A stretch of 64,000 nt of DNA from Polyangiales bacterium (GTDB lineage: Bacteria; Myxococcota_A; Polyangia; Polyangiales; Ga0077539): assembly GCA_044229975.1 (NCBI GenBank), contig JBGARZ010000007.1, positions 192,001-256,000 of the forward strand, in the 5' to 3' direction. Shown piece by piece: positions 38,108-47,348 of the stretch. The number at the start of each line of letters is the position of its first letter. The first letter of the stretch is position 1. A program made the translations under genes and the position numbers. Under the pieces are notes generated by a model. The model searched no databases. It was given only the letters and a program-made list of their open reading frames with translations, and had not been told where the DNA came from.

Positions 38108-41100
38108 CACCCCGTCACCAGCGGCTCCAGCTCCGCGAGCATCGCCTCGGCGTGGTTGATCCCTTCGCCCACCTCGAAGCGGCGCGACAGCTTCATGTCC
38201 GGTGAGAGCTTGTACGGCGACCTTCGATTCGCGCACAGCTCCATCACCTTCGCGGCGTCGAGCGGCGAGTCCTCCTTCAGGTGAATCACCACACGCTCGC
38301 GGTTGGCCTCGATGCCCAGCGCGCGCAGCTTCCGCAGCCGCACCTTCACCGCCATCACGCGCACCAGCAGCCGCGCGGGCGGCGGCGCCGGGCCGAAGCG
38401 GTCTTCCATCTCCGTCGCAAACTCCTGCACGTCGTCATCGCTGAACGCGCTCGCCAGTCGCTTGTACAACGACAGCCGAACCCCGACGTCCTCGATATAC
38501 TCCTCGGGAAGGTAGTTGGGCTCGTCGAAGGTGAGCTCCGGGTCGACGCCCGGAATCACCGGCTGACCCTTCAGCTCACCAATCGCCTCTTCCAACATCT
38601 GGCAATACAGGTCGAAGCCCACCGCCGACACGTTGCCCGACTGCTCGGCGCCCAGCAGATCACCCGCGCCGCGCAGCTCCATGTCCAGGGAAGCCACCTG
38701 GAAGCCCGACCCCAGTTCGGTGAAGCGCTCGATGGCGTCGATGCGCGCCCTCGCCTCATCGCTCATCTTCGACACCGGCGGAACAAACAAGTAGCAATAC
38801 GCCCGCTCCCGCGACCGACCCACGCGACCGCGCAACTGATAGAGCTGCGACAGCCCGAAGAGATCAGCCCGGTCGAGAATCATCGTGTTGGCGCGCGGGA
38901 TGTCGATGCCGCTCTCGATGATGGCCGTCGCGCAGAGCACGTCGTAGCGCCCTTCGATGAAGTCCATCATCACCGTCTCCAGCGTCTCCGGCGCCATCTG
39001 CCCGTGCGCCACCGCCACCCGCACGCTGGGCAACAGCTTCTGGAGCTTGTCGGCCCGCTCGTAGAGCCCCTCGATGCGGTTGTACACATAGAAGACCTGG
39101 CCGCCGCGGGCGAGCTCGCGGGTCACGGCCTCCTTCAACACATTGGCGTCCTCGCGACACACCACGGTACGGATGGCGCGACGGTCCATCGGGGCGGTGG
39201 TGATGAGGGAGAGGTCGCGCATGCCCGCCACCGCCATCTGGAGCGTGCGGGGAATCGGGGTCGCCGAGAGCGTGAGCACGTCGAGCTGCGCCCGAAGCTG
39301 CTTGATGCGCTCTTTGTGGGTCACACCGAAGCGCTGCTCCTCATCGACCACCAACAGACCAAGGTCCTTGAAGTGAACGTCTTTCGAGAGCAGACGGTGG
39401 GTGCCTACCACCACGTCGATCTTGCCTTCCTTGAGGCGTTTGATGGTGTCGCGCTGCTCGGCCGCGGTCACGAAGCGCGAGAGCACCGCGACCTCCAACG
39501 GATACGGCGAGAAGCGGTCGGCGAAGGTTCGGTAGTGCTGCTGCGCGAGCACCGTGGTGGGACACAGCACCGCCACCTGCGCGCCCTGGATGGCGACGTG
39601 GAAGGCAGCCCGCAAAGCCACTTCGGTCTTGCCGAAGCCGACGTCACCGCAGACGAGGCGGTCCATCGGGGTGGGCGCTTCGAGGTCGCCCATCACCTCG
39701 TCGATGGCGCGCACCTGGTCGCCCGTCTCTTCAAAGGGGAAGGTCGCCTCGAACTCCTGATCCAACATCCCCTTCGGTGGAAACACCCGCCCGGGGTGCG
39801 CCTTGCGCTCTGCCTGCAATCGCAAGAGCTCATCGGCCATCTGGCGGACGGCGCGCTCGACGCGGGCCTTGGCCTTCGCGAAGGTGCTTCCACCCAACCG
39901 ATCGACGCGCGGTGTGCCTTCGCCGCCCGTGAACTTCTGGATCTGGTTGAGTCGGGTAACCGGCAGGTAGAGCTTGTCGCCGCCGGAGTACTCGATGATG
40001 AGGACATCGATCTTCTGGGTTCCGACTTCGCGGTGGATGAGGCCGAGGTACTTCCCGATGCCGTGGTCGACGTGCACCACGAAGTCGCCCACCGCGAGCG
40101 CGCGCAGGTCGTCGATGAAGGGGCGCGCCCCCGACTCGCCGTTGCGGCGACGGGTGGTGCGACGCGCGCGGGCGCCGAAGATCTCCTCCTCGGTGACCAA
40201 CGCGAGCAGCCGCGACGGGAGCGCGAAGCCGCGCGCGAGGTCGCCCACCACCACTTCGACCGCGGCGGTGTCGGGGCGATGTTCGCGCTGGAGGAGGGCG
40301 GGGGAGAAGGTTCCGTGGTGGGCTTTCACCGCGAGGCCGTGGCCGCGGGCGATGGTGGCGATGCGCTCGGCCTGCGTGGGCGTGTGCGCCGTGAGCAGCA
40401 CCCGGTAGCCCTCCTCGAACCAGTAGCGGCACTGCTCCACCAGCGGAACGAGCGCGTCGCTCTTGCCCTTCTCGGCGCGCATCGACTTGATGTCTGCGGC
40501 GAGGCGAGACAACGGATCGGCCCCAAGGTCGATGACGGCCGCGTCCATCGGGACGTGTTCGAGGCCAGCAGGGTCGTCGTCGGTCGCACCCTCGGTAGAG
40601 CGAACGACGAGCTCGTGGTGCGCGGCCACGGGGAAGGCGGAGAGCGCGGCGAAGAGCTCGGGCTCGGTGAGGTAGTGGTCGGCGAAGGCGAAGGTCGGGA
40701 GGCGCTTCTCGACGCGGGCGCGGTGGTCGTCGGCGCCGCGGGTGAGCTCGTCGCGGAGGGCAGAGAGGCAGCGGGAGGAGTGGTTCCAGACGACGCGGAG
40801 GGAGGATGGGAGGTAGGCGGTGATGGGTTCGAGCGCGTCGTAGTACGCGGGGAGAAACCCTTCGGCGCCGAAGAAGGCGCGGCCGCTGTCGACGTCTTCG
40901 AGGAGCTTGCTCGATTGATGGCTCGGGAGGTCGACGGCGTCAGCGAGCTCGCGCACACGGCGGCGGGCGCGGGCCCGTTCGGCGTCGCCGACGAGGGCTT
41001 CGCGAACGGGGTGGAGGAAGAGTTCCTTGATGGGGCGGACGGTGCGCTGGCCTTCGGGGTCGAAGAGCTTGATGGTGAGGCAGAGGTCTTCGTCGAGCTC

Positions 41101-41727
41101 GACGCGGGCGGGCCAGCGCGAGCTCGGCGGCCACACGTCGATGACGGCGCCGCGGGCCGCGAAGGTGCCGGGATCTTCCACCACCGGGACGCGCAGGTAG
41201 CCGCCCTCGACGAGACCCTGGAGCAGCTTGTCGCGGTCGACGAGCTCCTCGGCCTGCACCAGGTCGCAGCGCGGGGTGAGCGCGGCGCGAGGCACCACGC
41301 GGCGCACGAGGGCGGGCGCGGGGACGACGAGCACGCGCCACGGGAGGGCTTGCGACAGGTGGAAGAGCGTCGCGAGGCGGGACATCGCGGTGCGGCGATC
41401 GGGCGCCACGTCGACGAAGGGGGACTGCTCGGGCGAGGGGAGGACGAGCACCTCGCCGCGGCCTTCTTCGGCGGCGTCGCGGTCTTCGGGGGTTCCGAGG
41501 AAGAAGGCGACGTCGGCGGCGAGGCGGCGGGCTTCTTCGGCGTCGGCGGTGACCACGACGAGGGGGAGGGCGCCGGGCGCGCGAGCGGACTCGGCGAGGA
41601 AGAGGCCGAGGGCGCCGCCGCCGGCGCGGACGAGGTCGTGGCGCGGAGCGGGTGGTGCTTCGGTGAAGCGGCGCACCGCGACGGTGAGGTCGAGGCCGAG
41701 CGAGAGGGTGGGAGAGTCGTCGTCCAC
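38107..41727 (-). CDS. mfd: Transcription-repair coupling factor
   Basis: UvrB-like N-terminus, VVHVDHGIGKY (RID), DRLVCGDVGFGKTEVA, DEEQRFGV, SATPIPRTL, QLRGRVGRS, TRCF C-terminal domain. Confidence 0.98.
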   Translation of the reverse strand: MDDDSPTLSLGLDLTVAVRRFTEAPPAPRHDLVRAGGGALGLFLAESARAPGALPLVVVTADAEEARRLAADVAFFLGTPEDRDAAEEGRGEVLVLPSPEQSPFVDVAPDRRTAMSRLATLFHLSQALPWRVLVVPAPALVRRVVPRAALTPRCDLVQAEELVDRDKLLQGLVEGGYLRVPVVEDPGTFAARGAVIDVWPPSSRWPARVELDEDLCLTIKLFDPEGQRTVRPIKELFLHPVREALVGDAERARARRRVRELADAVDLPSHQSSKLLEDVDSGRAFFGAEGFLPAYYDALEPITAYLPSSLRVVWNHSSRCLSALRDELTRGADDHRARVEKRLPTFAFADHYLTEPELFAALSAFPVAAHHELVVRSTEGATDDDPAGLEHVPMDAAVIDLGADPLSRLAADIKSMRAEKGKSDALVPLVEQCRYWFEEGYRVLLTAHTPTQAERIATIARGHGLAVKAHHGTFSPALLQREHRPDTAAVEVVVGDLARGFALPSRLLALVTEEEIFGARARRTTRRRNGESGARPFIDDLRALAVGDFVVHVDHGIGKYLGLIHREVGTQKIDVLIIEYSGGDKLYLPVTRLNQIQKFTGGEGTPRVDRLGGSTFAKAKARVERAVRQMADELLRLQAERKAHPGRVFPPKGMLDQEFEATFPFEETGDQVRAIDEVMGDLEAPTPMDRLVCGDVGFGKTEVALRAAFHVAIQGAQVAVLCPTTVLAQQHYRTFADRFSPYPLEVAVLSRFVTAAEQRDTIKRLKEGKIDVVVGTHRLLSKDVHFKDLGLLVVDEEQRFGVTHKERIKQLRAQLDVLTLSATPIPRTLQMAVAGMRDLSLITTAPMDRRAIRTVVCREDANVLKEAVTRELARGGQVFYVYNRIEGLYERADKLQKLLPSVRVAVAHGQMAPETLETVMMDFIEGRYDVLCATAIIESGIDIPRANTMILDRADLFGLSQLYQLRGRVGRSRERAYCYLFVPPVSKMSDEARARIDAIERFTELGSGFQVASLDMELRGAGDLLGAEQSGNVSAVGFDLYCQMLEEAIGELKGQPVIPGVDPELTFDEPNYLPEEYIEDVGVRLSLYKRLASAFSDDDVQEFATEMEDRFGPAPPPARLLVRVMAVKVRLRKLRALGIEANRERVVIHLKEDSPLDAAKVMELCANRRSPYKLSPDMKLSRRFEVGEGINHAEAMLAELEPLVTG

Positions 41728-41892
41728 GGGGGGAGCGGCGTAGCACGCTCCGACGCCCGCAGCCTGAGCGCGAACCTGGCAGCGTGCGGAGCCCTGCCCC
41801 TGCGCCCTGAGCGCGGGGGTAGGGCGCGCGGCAGCGGGGAAGGGGGCCACCACAACCGACGCCTCGGGAAGGACGTCCGGTATCCTCGCGCC

Positions 41893-43539
41893 GTGACCCA
41901 CGTACGCCTCGCCTCAGCGCTCCTGATCTCTTCCCTCGGCTGCGCCTCGGCGCGACCCGTGGTGGTTGCTCCCGTCGCTGCCGCGGTGGTCCCCGTCGAC
42001 GCGCCCGCCGAGGCCCTCGCATGGGGAGACACCCGCGCGACGCTCGATCGCACCGCGGTCCGCGACCACGACGGACGACCTGCGCGCCGCTACGCCATCG
42101 AGCTCACGGCGGGGCAGCGGGTGTACTTCGTGATGCGCTCCAGCGACGTCGACTCGCGCCTCGTGCTCGACGGACCCACCGGCCTCCACGTCGACAACGA
42201 CGACGCCTTCCCCGGCAACAACGACTCCGCCGTGATGATCGTCGTGCCCGCCGCGGGTCGCTACACGGTGACGGCGACCACCGTCGGTCGCAACCAGTCG
42301 GGCGCCTTCACGCTGCGCGCGGAGAGGCTCACGGCGGCGAGCGAGGGCGACGCCATCACCCTCGGCGCCACGGCGGACGCGACGCTCGAAGCGCGGCCCG
42401 CGCAGTGGATGCCCGGTCGGCGCTTTCACTTCGAGGCGCGCGGTGGGGCGCGGGTCCGGCTGCGTGTGACGTCGACGGACTTCGACACGGTCGCCACGGT
42501 GCTCGGGCCGCGCGGCGAGACCTGGATCAACGACGACGCCAACGACCTCGGACCTGACCGTCGCGATCGCCCGCTCGACAGCACGCTGGACGTGGTGATC
42601 CCCGAGAGCGGCACCTACCACCTCGTGGTGACGTCCTACGGGGGACAGGCCATCGGGCGCTTTCACGTCGCGACGAGCGAGCGACCGCCGGTCATCCTGC
42701 GCGCAGGCGAGAACGTCCCGACCGAGGGATACGCCGGGGCCGACGGGCGCGGCCGGGTGCTCGGTCTGTACGCGGGCATCACGGCGTACACCGGCCACTC
42801 GACGCTCTACGGGTGCGCCGACGACGCGCGTTTCCTCGGCGAGGCGATGCGGCGCTCGCACCTCCAGGGAGCGGCCGATCAGGAGGTTCTGGTCGACGCT
42901 GGCGCAACGCGCGCGGCCTTCCTCGCGGGGCTCTCGCGACTCGCGGCGCGGGCGCGACCCGAGGACGTGGTGGTGGTGTTCTTCTCGGGGCACGGCAACG
43001 TGCGACCGGCGCCGGAGGGAGACCGCACCGAGCTCGACGGCGTCGACGAGACCATCGAGCTCATCGACGGTCCCATCGCCGACACGGAGGTCGTCGCGGC
43101 GCTCGCGGGGTTGCGTGCGGGCACGGCGATCATGGCGCTGGACTCCTGCCACGCCGGCGGATTTGCGGACGACTGGGTCACGGCACCAGGGCGCATCGGG
43201 CTCTTCTCCTCCGACGCCGACGTGCTGTCGGACACGGCCGAACCCCGGCGCGCGGGCGGATATCTCTCGTGGTACCTGCGACGCGCGGTGCTGGGCGAAG
43301 CCGACGCGCGTCCGCGGGATGGCGTTCTGCAGGCGGGAGAGCTGACGGACTACCTCTACGCGGGCTTCCTCACCGACCATGCGCGGATGAACCCCGCGGT
43401 GGGCAACGATCCGTATCAGCGGCTGGTGACGGCGCGCGGGAGCGTCCCGTGGACGCAGGCGTTGTGGACGTACCCGCGCGGGAGCGACGGGGCGCTGGCG
43501 CCAGTGCCAACGGTGCCGCTCACGTCACCGGCGCCGTGA
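41893..43539 (+). CDS. Caspase-like (peptidase C14) lipoprotein with two PPC-like domains
   Basis: Lipobox SLGC; two D..L.L.GP.G...NDD modules; catalytic FFSGHG and LDSCHAGG. Confidence 0.85.
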   Translation: MTHVRLASALLISSLGCASARPVVVAPVAAAVVPVDAPAEALAWGDTRATLDRTAVRDHDGRPARRYAIELTAGQRVYFVMRSSDVDSRLVLDGPTGLHVDNDDAFPGNNDSAVMIVVPAAGRYTVTATTVGRNQSGAFTLRAERLTAASEGDAITLGATADATLEARPAQWMPGRRFHFEARGGARVRLRVTSTDFDTVATVLGPRGETWINDDANDLGPDRRDRPLDSTLDVVIPESGTYHLVVTSYGGQAIGRFHVATSERPPVILRAGENVPTEGYAGADGRGRVLGLYAGITAYTGHSTLYGCADDARFLGEAMRRSHLQGAADQEVLVDAGATRAAFLAGLSRLAARARPEDVVVVFFSGHGNVRPAPEGDRTELDGVDETIELIDGPIADTEVVAALAGLRAGTAIMALDSCHAGGFADDWVTAPGRIGLFSSDADVLSDTAEPRRAGGYLSWYLRRAVLGEADARPRDGVLQAGELTDYLYAGFLTDHARMNPAVGNDPYQRLVTARGSVPWTQALWTYPRGSDGALAPVPTVPLTSPAP

Positions 43540-44521
43540 GGGCGATCGGGTCGAGGTGTGCCTCGACGAAGCGCGCGAGCTCCTTCGCCGCGGCCGCCGC
43601 GCTCGGGTGAAACGCCGCGAAGACCGCCGCGTTGTGGGGCATGCCGGGCGCCACGTAGAGGGTCACGTCGACTCCCGCGCGCTTCATCCGATCGGCGAGC
43701 GCCACGATGTCGTCGTGCAGGATCTCCGCGTCGCCGCCCTCGATGAGCGTGGGCGGCAGCCCGTCGAGCCTTCCGTACGCGGGCGACACCCGCGGGTCGT
43801 CGAGCGGAACATCCCCCGCGAAGGCCCGCGCCTGTCGGTCGAGCACCGCGCGCGTGCCGTAGTCGCAGTCGGCGTTGGTCTTGTACGACGCGCCCGGCAT
43901 GGTCAGGTCGGCCCACGGTGACATCAACACGAGGGCGCGCGGCTGCGGTCCGCCGCGGTCGCGCAGGGCCATCGCGAGGACGAGCGCGAGGTTGCCGCCC
44001 GCGGAGTCACCGGCCAGGACGACGTCCTCCGCGGCGACGCCACCTGCGACGAGTGCGTCGAAGGCGGCGAGCGCGTCGTCGCGCTGCGCGGGGAAGGGGT
44101 GCTCCGGCGCGAGGCGGTACTCGGGGGCGACGACCCGGGTGCCGCTCTCCACGGCGAGTCGCGCGATGGCCTCCGCGTGGGTCGTGCGCGCGGAGCCGAA
44201 GAGGTACGAGCCGCCGTGGAAGAACAACACCACCCCGCGCCGACGCACCTCGCGCGGGGCGAAGGACACCGCCGTGACGCCTCCCAGCGTCTCGTCGCGC
44301 AGCGCGACGCGGCGCGCGAAGTCCTTGGGGTAGGGGCGGGCGTTCATGTCGGCGCGGAGCTGTGGGTAGGGCCACGCGGCGGTGTCGTCCGAGTCGCGGC
44401 GCAGGTACGCTACGGTCCCCTCGAACATGAACGACCAGCCGGGCCGCAGCGGTCCGCGCGACCAGCGCGAGCGGAGCACGGCGAAGAACGTGAGCACGAA
44501 GAGTCGGAGGGCGCGCAGCAT
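43520..44521 (-). CDS. Alpha/beta hydrolase (HSL-family esterase)
   Basis: FFHGGSY, YRLAPEHPFP, GDSAGG, SPWADL, GMPH. Confidence 0.93.
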   Translation of the reverse strand: MLRALRLFVLTFFAVLRSRWSRGPLRPGWSFMFEGTVAYLRRDSDDTAAWPYPQLRADMNARPYPKDFARRVALRDETLGGVTAVSFAPREVRRRGVVLFFHGGSYLFGSARTTHAEAIARLAVESGTRVVAPEYRLAPEHPFPAQRDDALAAFDALVAGGVAAEDVVLAGDSAGGNLALVLAMALRDRGGPQPRALVLMSPWADLTMPGASYKTNADCDYGTRAVLDRQARAFAGDVPLDDPRVSPAYGRLDGLPPTLIEGGDAEILHDDIVALADRMKRAGVDVTLYVAPGMPHNAAVFAAFHPSAAAAAKELARFVEAHLDPIALTAPVT

Positions 44522-45587
44522 GGTGGATGCCCCGGAGGATGGGGGCGACGGGGCGGGGGGTTCCAGGCCCGGCGCGCCAGATCGCAGGGCCTCGCGCGCC
44601 ATCGACGCGACCGACCACGGCGGGGTCTCCGGTCGCATGACCATGCGGGTGCTGCGTCTGCTCGAAGACCGCGGGCACCCGGCGACGGAGGTGTGTCGTC
44701 GATGGGGTCTGCCGCACGCGACGCTCGTCGACCCCGACGCGCGCGTCGACTACGCCACGAGCGACCGCCTCGTCGAAGCCGCCGTCACGCTGCTCGGCGC
44801 GGAGGGCCTGGGGCTCGCGATCGCGGGCGTCCACGACGACCGCACCTACGACGCCGCGGGCTTCGTGCTGATGACGGCGGCGACCTTCGGCGAGGGGCTG
44901 GAGCGCGCCTTCGCGTACCAGCGACTCTGGGGCGACGGCGAGCGCTTCACGCTGCACCACGGTGTCGACGAGGTGGCCGTGCGTTTCCGGCACCCGGGGT
45001 CGAGCGACGTGGCCCGCGCGGTGTTGTCGGAGCTGGCGTTGCTGGAGACGCTCGGGGGCGCGAAGGCGCTGGTCGACCCCATGGTGGTGCCGGTGGCGGT
45101 GACCTTCGCGCACGCGCCGCTCGGGCCCACCGACGCGCTGTGCATGGCCTTCGGTGTCGAGCCCGTCTTCGGCGCCGCGGTCGACGAGATCAGGCTGCCG
45201 CGCGAGCTCGTCGATCGGCCGATGCAGGTGCCGCGGGAGCTGTTGTTGAGGGCGTTCGACAGGCAGGCGCAGCGGTCGCTGGAGGCGCTGCCCGAGCGGC
45301 CGTCGTTCGCGGCGCGGGTGCGGGCCGCGTGCGAGGGGCCCGACGGTCTCTCGCTCGACGTCGGTGGGGCGGCGCGACGACTGCGCGTGAGCCCACGAAC
45401 GCTGCAACGCCGACTCTCAGCGGAGGCGACGACCTTCGCGGAGGTTATCGACGGGCTGCGCCGAGAGCGCGTCGAGCGACTGCTGGCGAGGGGCGGGCGC
45501 TTGAAGGAGGTGGCTTTCCTGGTGGGCTTCGCGGACGCGAGCGCGCTGACGAGAGCTCGCGCGCGCTGGGCCCAACAGCGTGGGTGA
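44520..45587 (+). CDS. AraC family transcriptional regulator (start uncertain: 44520 or 44637)
   Basis: VSPRTLQRRLSAEATTF...LKEVAFLVGFADASALTRA HTH; OruR-like N-domain. Confidence 0.9.
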   Translation: MVDAPEDGGDGAGGSRPGAPDRRASRAIDATDHGGVSGRMTMRVLRLLEDRGHPATEVCRRWGLPHATLVDPDARVDYATSDRLVEAAVTLLGAEGLGLAIAGVHDDRTYDAAGFVLMTAATFGEGLERAFAYQRLWGDGERFTLHHGVDEVAVRFRHPGSSDVARAVLSELALLETLGGAKALVDPMVVPVAVTFAHAPLGPTDALCMAFGVEPVFGAAVDEIRLPRELVDRPMQVPRELLLRAFDRQAQRSLEALPERPSFAARVRAACEGPDGLSLDVGGAARRLRVSPRTLQRRLSAEATTFAEVIDGLRRERVERLLARGGRLKEVAFLVGFADASALTRARARWAQQRG

Positions 45588-45598
45588 GGCACACCGGG

Positions 45599-45832
45599 GT
45601 GCGCCGGAGTTCGCGTGACCCCACGCGTCGAAGTGCAGTCGCTCACTCCGGGCTATTTCACGTTGTCACCTCGCTACGCGAGGTTGCAAAAACGCTCCGT
45701 TGCCGATGAGCGAATCGAAGGGTTGTTCGTCAAGGCCAGTGCTGCAACCTCGCGTAGCGAGGTGACAACGTGAAATAGCCCGGAGTGAGCGACTGCACTT
45801 CGACGCGTGGGGTCACGCGAACTCCGGCGCAC
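45599..45832. repeat. Long hairpin element C (family 1): perfect 90-bp inverted arms, 54-bp spacer
   Basis: 45599-45688 is the exact reverse complement of 45743-45832; shares CGCCGGAGTTC and CACTCCGGGCTATTTCACG with element A; 18-bp direct repeat at 45589-45606 and 45829-45846. Confidence 0.95.
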
Positions 45833-45849
45833 ACCGGGGTGCGCCGAGA

Positions 45850-47247
45850 TCAGTCCGGGCTCAACAGCACGGTGCCGTTGGACGAGCGCACCGAGCGGCG
45901 CGCGGGCGCGTGATTGCGTCGACGCGCGGGGCCGGCCGCGACGGGTATCGGCGCCACCGGGTTGATCGGCTCGGGCTCTGGCATCGCGACCGGCGGCGGT
46001 GCTGGCAGCGGAGGCGCGGGCGCGATCTCGACCGGCGGAGCGATCACCGCCGGAGCGACCTCGGCGACCGTCGGGTTGGACGCCGGGCGCGCGAGCCACC
46101 ACACGCCCACGATCGCCAGCAGGCCAACCGCGATGATGCCCGTGACGAGCGCGCCGTTGCCGACCGCCGGGCGCGGCGCGTATTGCGGCTGCGGCGACGG
46201 CAGCGACGAGGGCGGCGCGATGGCCGTCATCGCCACCGTGGGCGCCGCGAGGGGAAGGCCCGCGGGCGCCGGCGTGTACGACACCCGCGTCGGGGGAATG
46301 ACGTGCGAGCTGGCGGGCAGCGACGCGCGCAGATCGTCGAGGAGCGCCCGCGCGTTGGGGTGACGATCGGGCGCCATCACGGCGAGCGCGCGCTTGAGAA
46401 CGGGCTCCCAGGCGCCGACGTCGACGCCGAAGCGGGCGGGCGTCGGGCGCACGGGGGAGAGCACGTCGGCGAAGAGCGCGGTGGGGTCGTGGCGCGCGTA
46501 CGGGGGGCGGCCGGTGAGGGCCTCGACGGTGATGAGGGCGAGCGCGTGCACGTCGGTCCACGGGCCGGTGCGGGTGCCGCTCACCTGCTCGGGCGCCGCG
46601 TACTCCGGTGAAAACGCGCGGAAGGCAGCCTGCGTGGCGGTGTGCCCCGAGCCGCTGCGCTCGCCGCCGTCGACCATCTTGGCGATGCCGAAGTCGAGCA
46701 CCCGCAGCGACGCGGCGCCGCGGCGGTCTCGCGCGAGGAAGAGGTTGGCCGGCTTGATGTCGCGGTGGGCGACGCCCTCTTCGTGCGCGTAGGCGAGCGC
46801 CTCGAACGCCGGCAGCATCAGCGCGAGCACCTCCGCGGGCGAGCGCCCCTGCGGTCGCGCCGCGAGCTCGACGTCGAGCGTGACGCCCTCCAGCCACTCC
46901 AGCGCCATCCAGGGCGCCTGTCGTCCGTCGGGCATGGTCGACGCGCCCGAGTCGAGCACGCGCACGATGGCCGGGTGCTCGATGCGGGCGATGGTGCGCG
47001 CCTCCTCCTCGAACTTCGCCATGAAGGCCCGCAGCGCCCCGTCGGAGAGGTGATCGGGGACCTTCAATACCTTGAGCGCGACGGCCTTCTGGAGCGTTCG
47101 GTGGAGGCCGCGGTAGACCACCGCGAAGCCCCCTTCGGCGATGGCGGCCTCGACGTCGTACTTCCCTTCGAGGCGCGTCCCCACCAGCCCGAAGAGGTCG
47201 ACCGTCGCCGACGCGCGGGGGGCTCCGATGTCACCGCTTCTCTCCAT
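45850..47247 (-). CDS. Hanks-type Ser/Thr protein kinase with a TM helix
   Basis: EGGFAVVY, VALKVL, HRDIKPANL, DFG, YAAPEQ, WTDVHAL; Pro-rich linker and TM segment. Confidence 0.95.
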   Translation of the reverse strand: MERSGDIGAPRASATVDLFGLVGTRLEGKYDVEAAIAEGGFAVVYRGLHRTLQKAVALKVLKVPDHLSDGALRAFMAKFEEEARTIARIEHPAIVRVLDSGASTMPDGRQAPWMALEWLEGVTLDVELAARPQGRSPAEVLALMLPAFEALAYAHEEGVAHRDIKPANLFLARDRRGAASLRVLDFGIAKMVDGGERSGSGHTATQAAFRAFSPEYAAPEQVSGTRTGPWTDVHALALITVEALTGRPPYARHDPTALFADVLSPVRPTPARFGVDVGAWEPVLKRALAVMAPDRHPNARALLDDLRASLPASSHVIPPTRVSYTPAPAGLPLAAPTVAMTAIAPPSSLPSPQPQYAPRPAVGNGALVTGIIAVGLLAIVGVWWLARPASNPTVAEVAPAVIAPPVEIAPAPPLPAPPPVAMPEPEPINPVAPIPVAAGPARRRNHAPARRSVRSSNGTVLLSPD

Positions 47248-47348
47248 GCATCCCGCGTCGCTCGCGCACTAGATCACCCCGCGAAACGCAGTGTCAACAC
47301 GCTCTACCTTGCGTCGGTCGCGGCCTGCTCGGTAGCGTCGACCCTGCA

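Noticed and set aside
38281..41892. N-terminal extension of the 1752-aa ORF
   Set aside because: It is the antisense shadow of mfd; the caspase-like gene starts near 41893.
19364..45846. Canonical CRISPR array
   Set aside because: The repeat-like units are inverted pairs with a single insert, not direct repeats with multiple spacers, and no cas1, cas2 or cas6 gene is present in the window.
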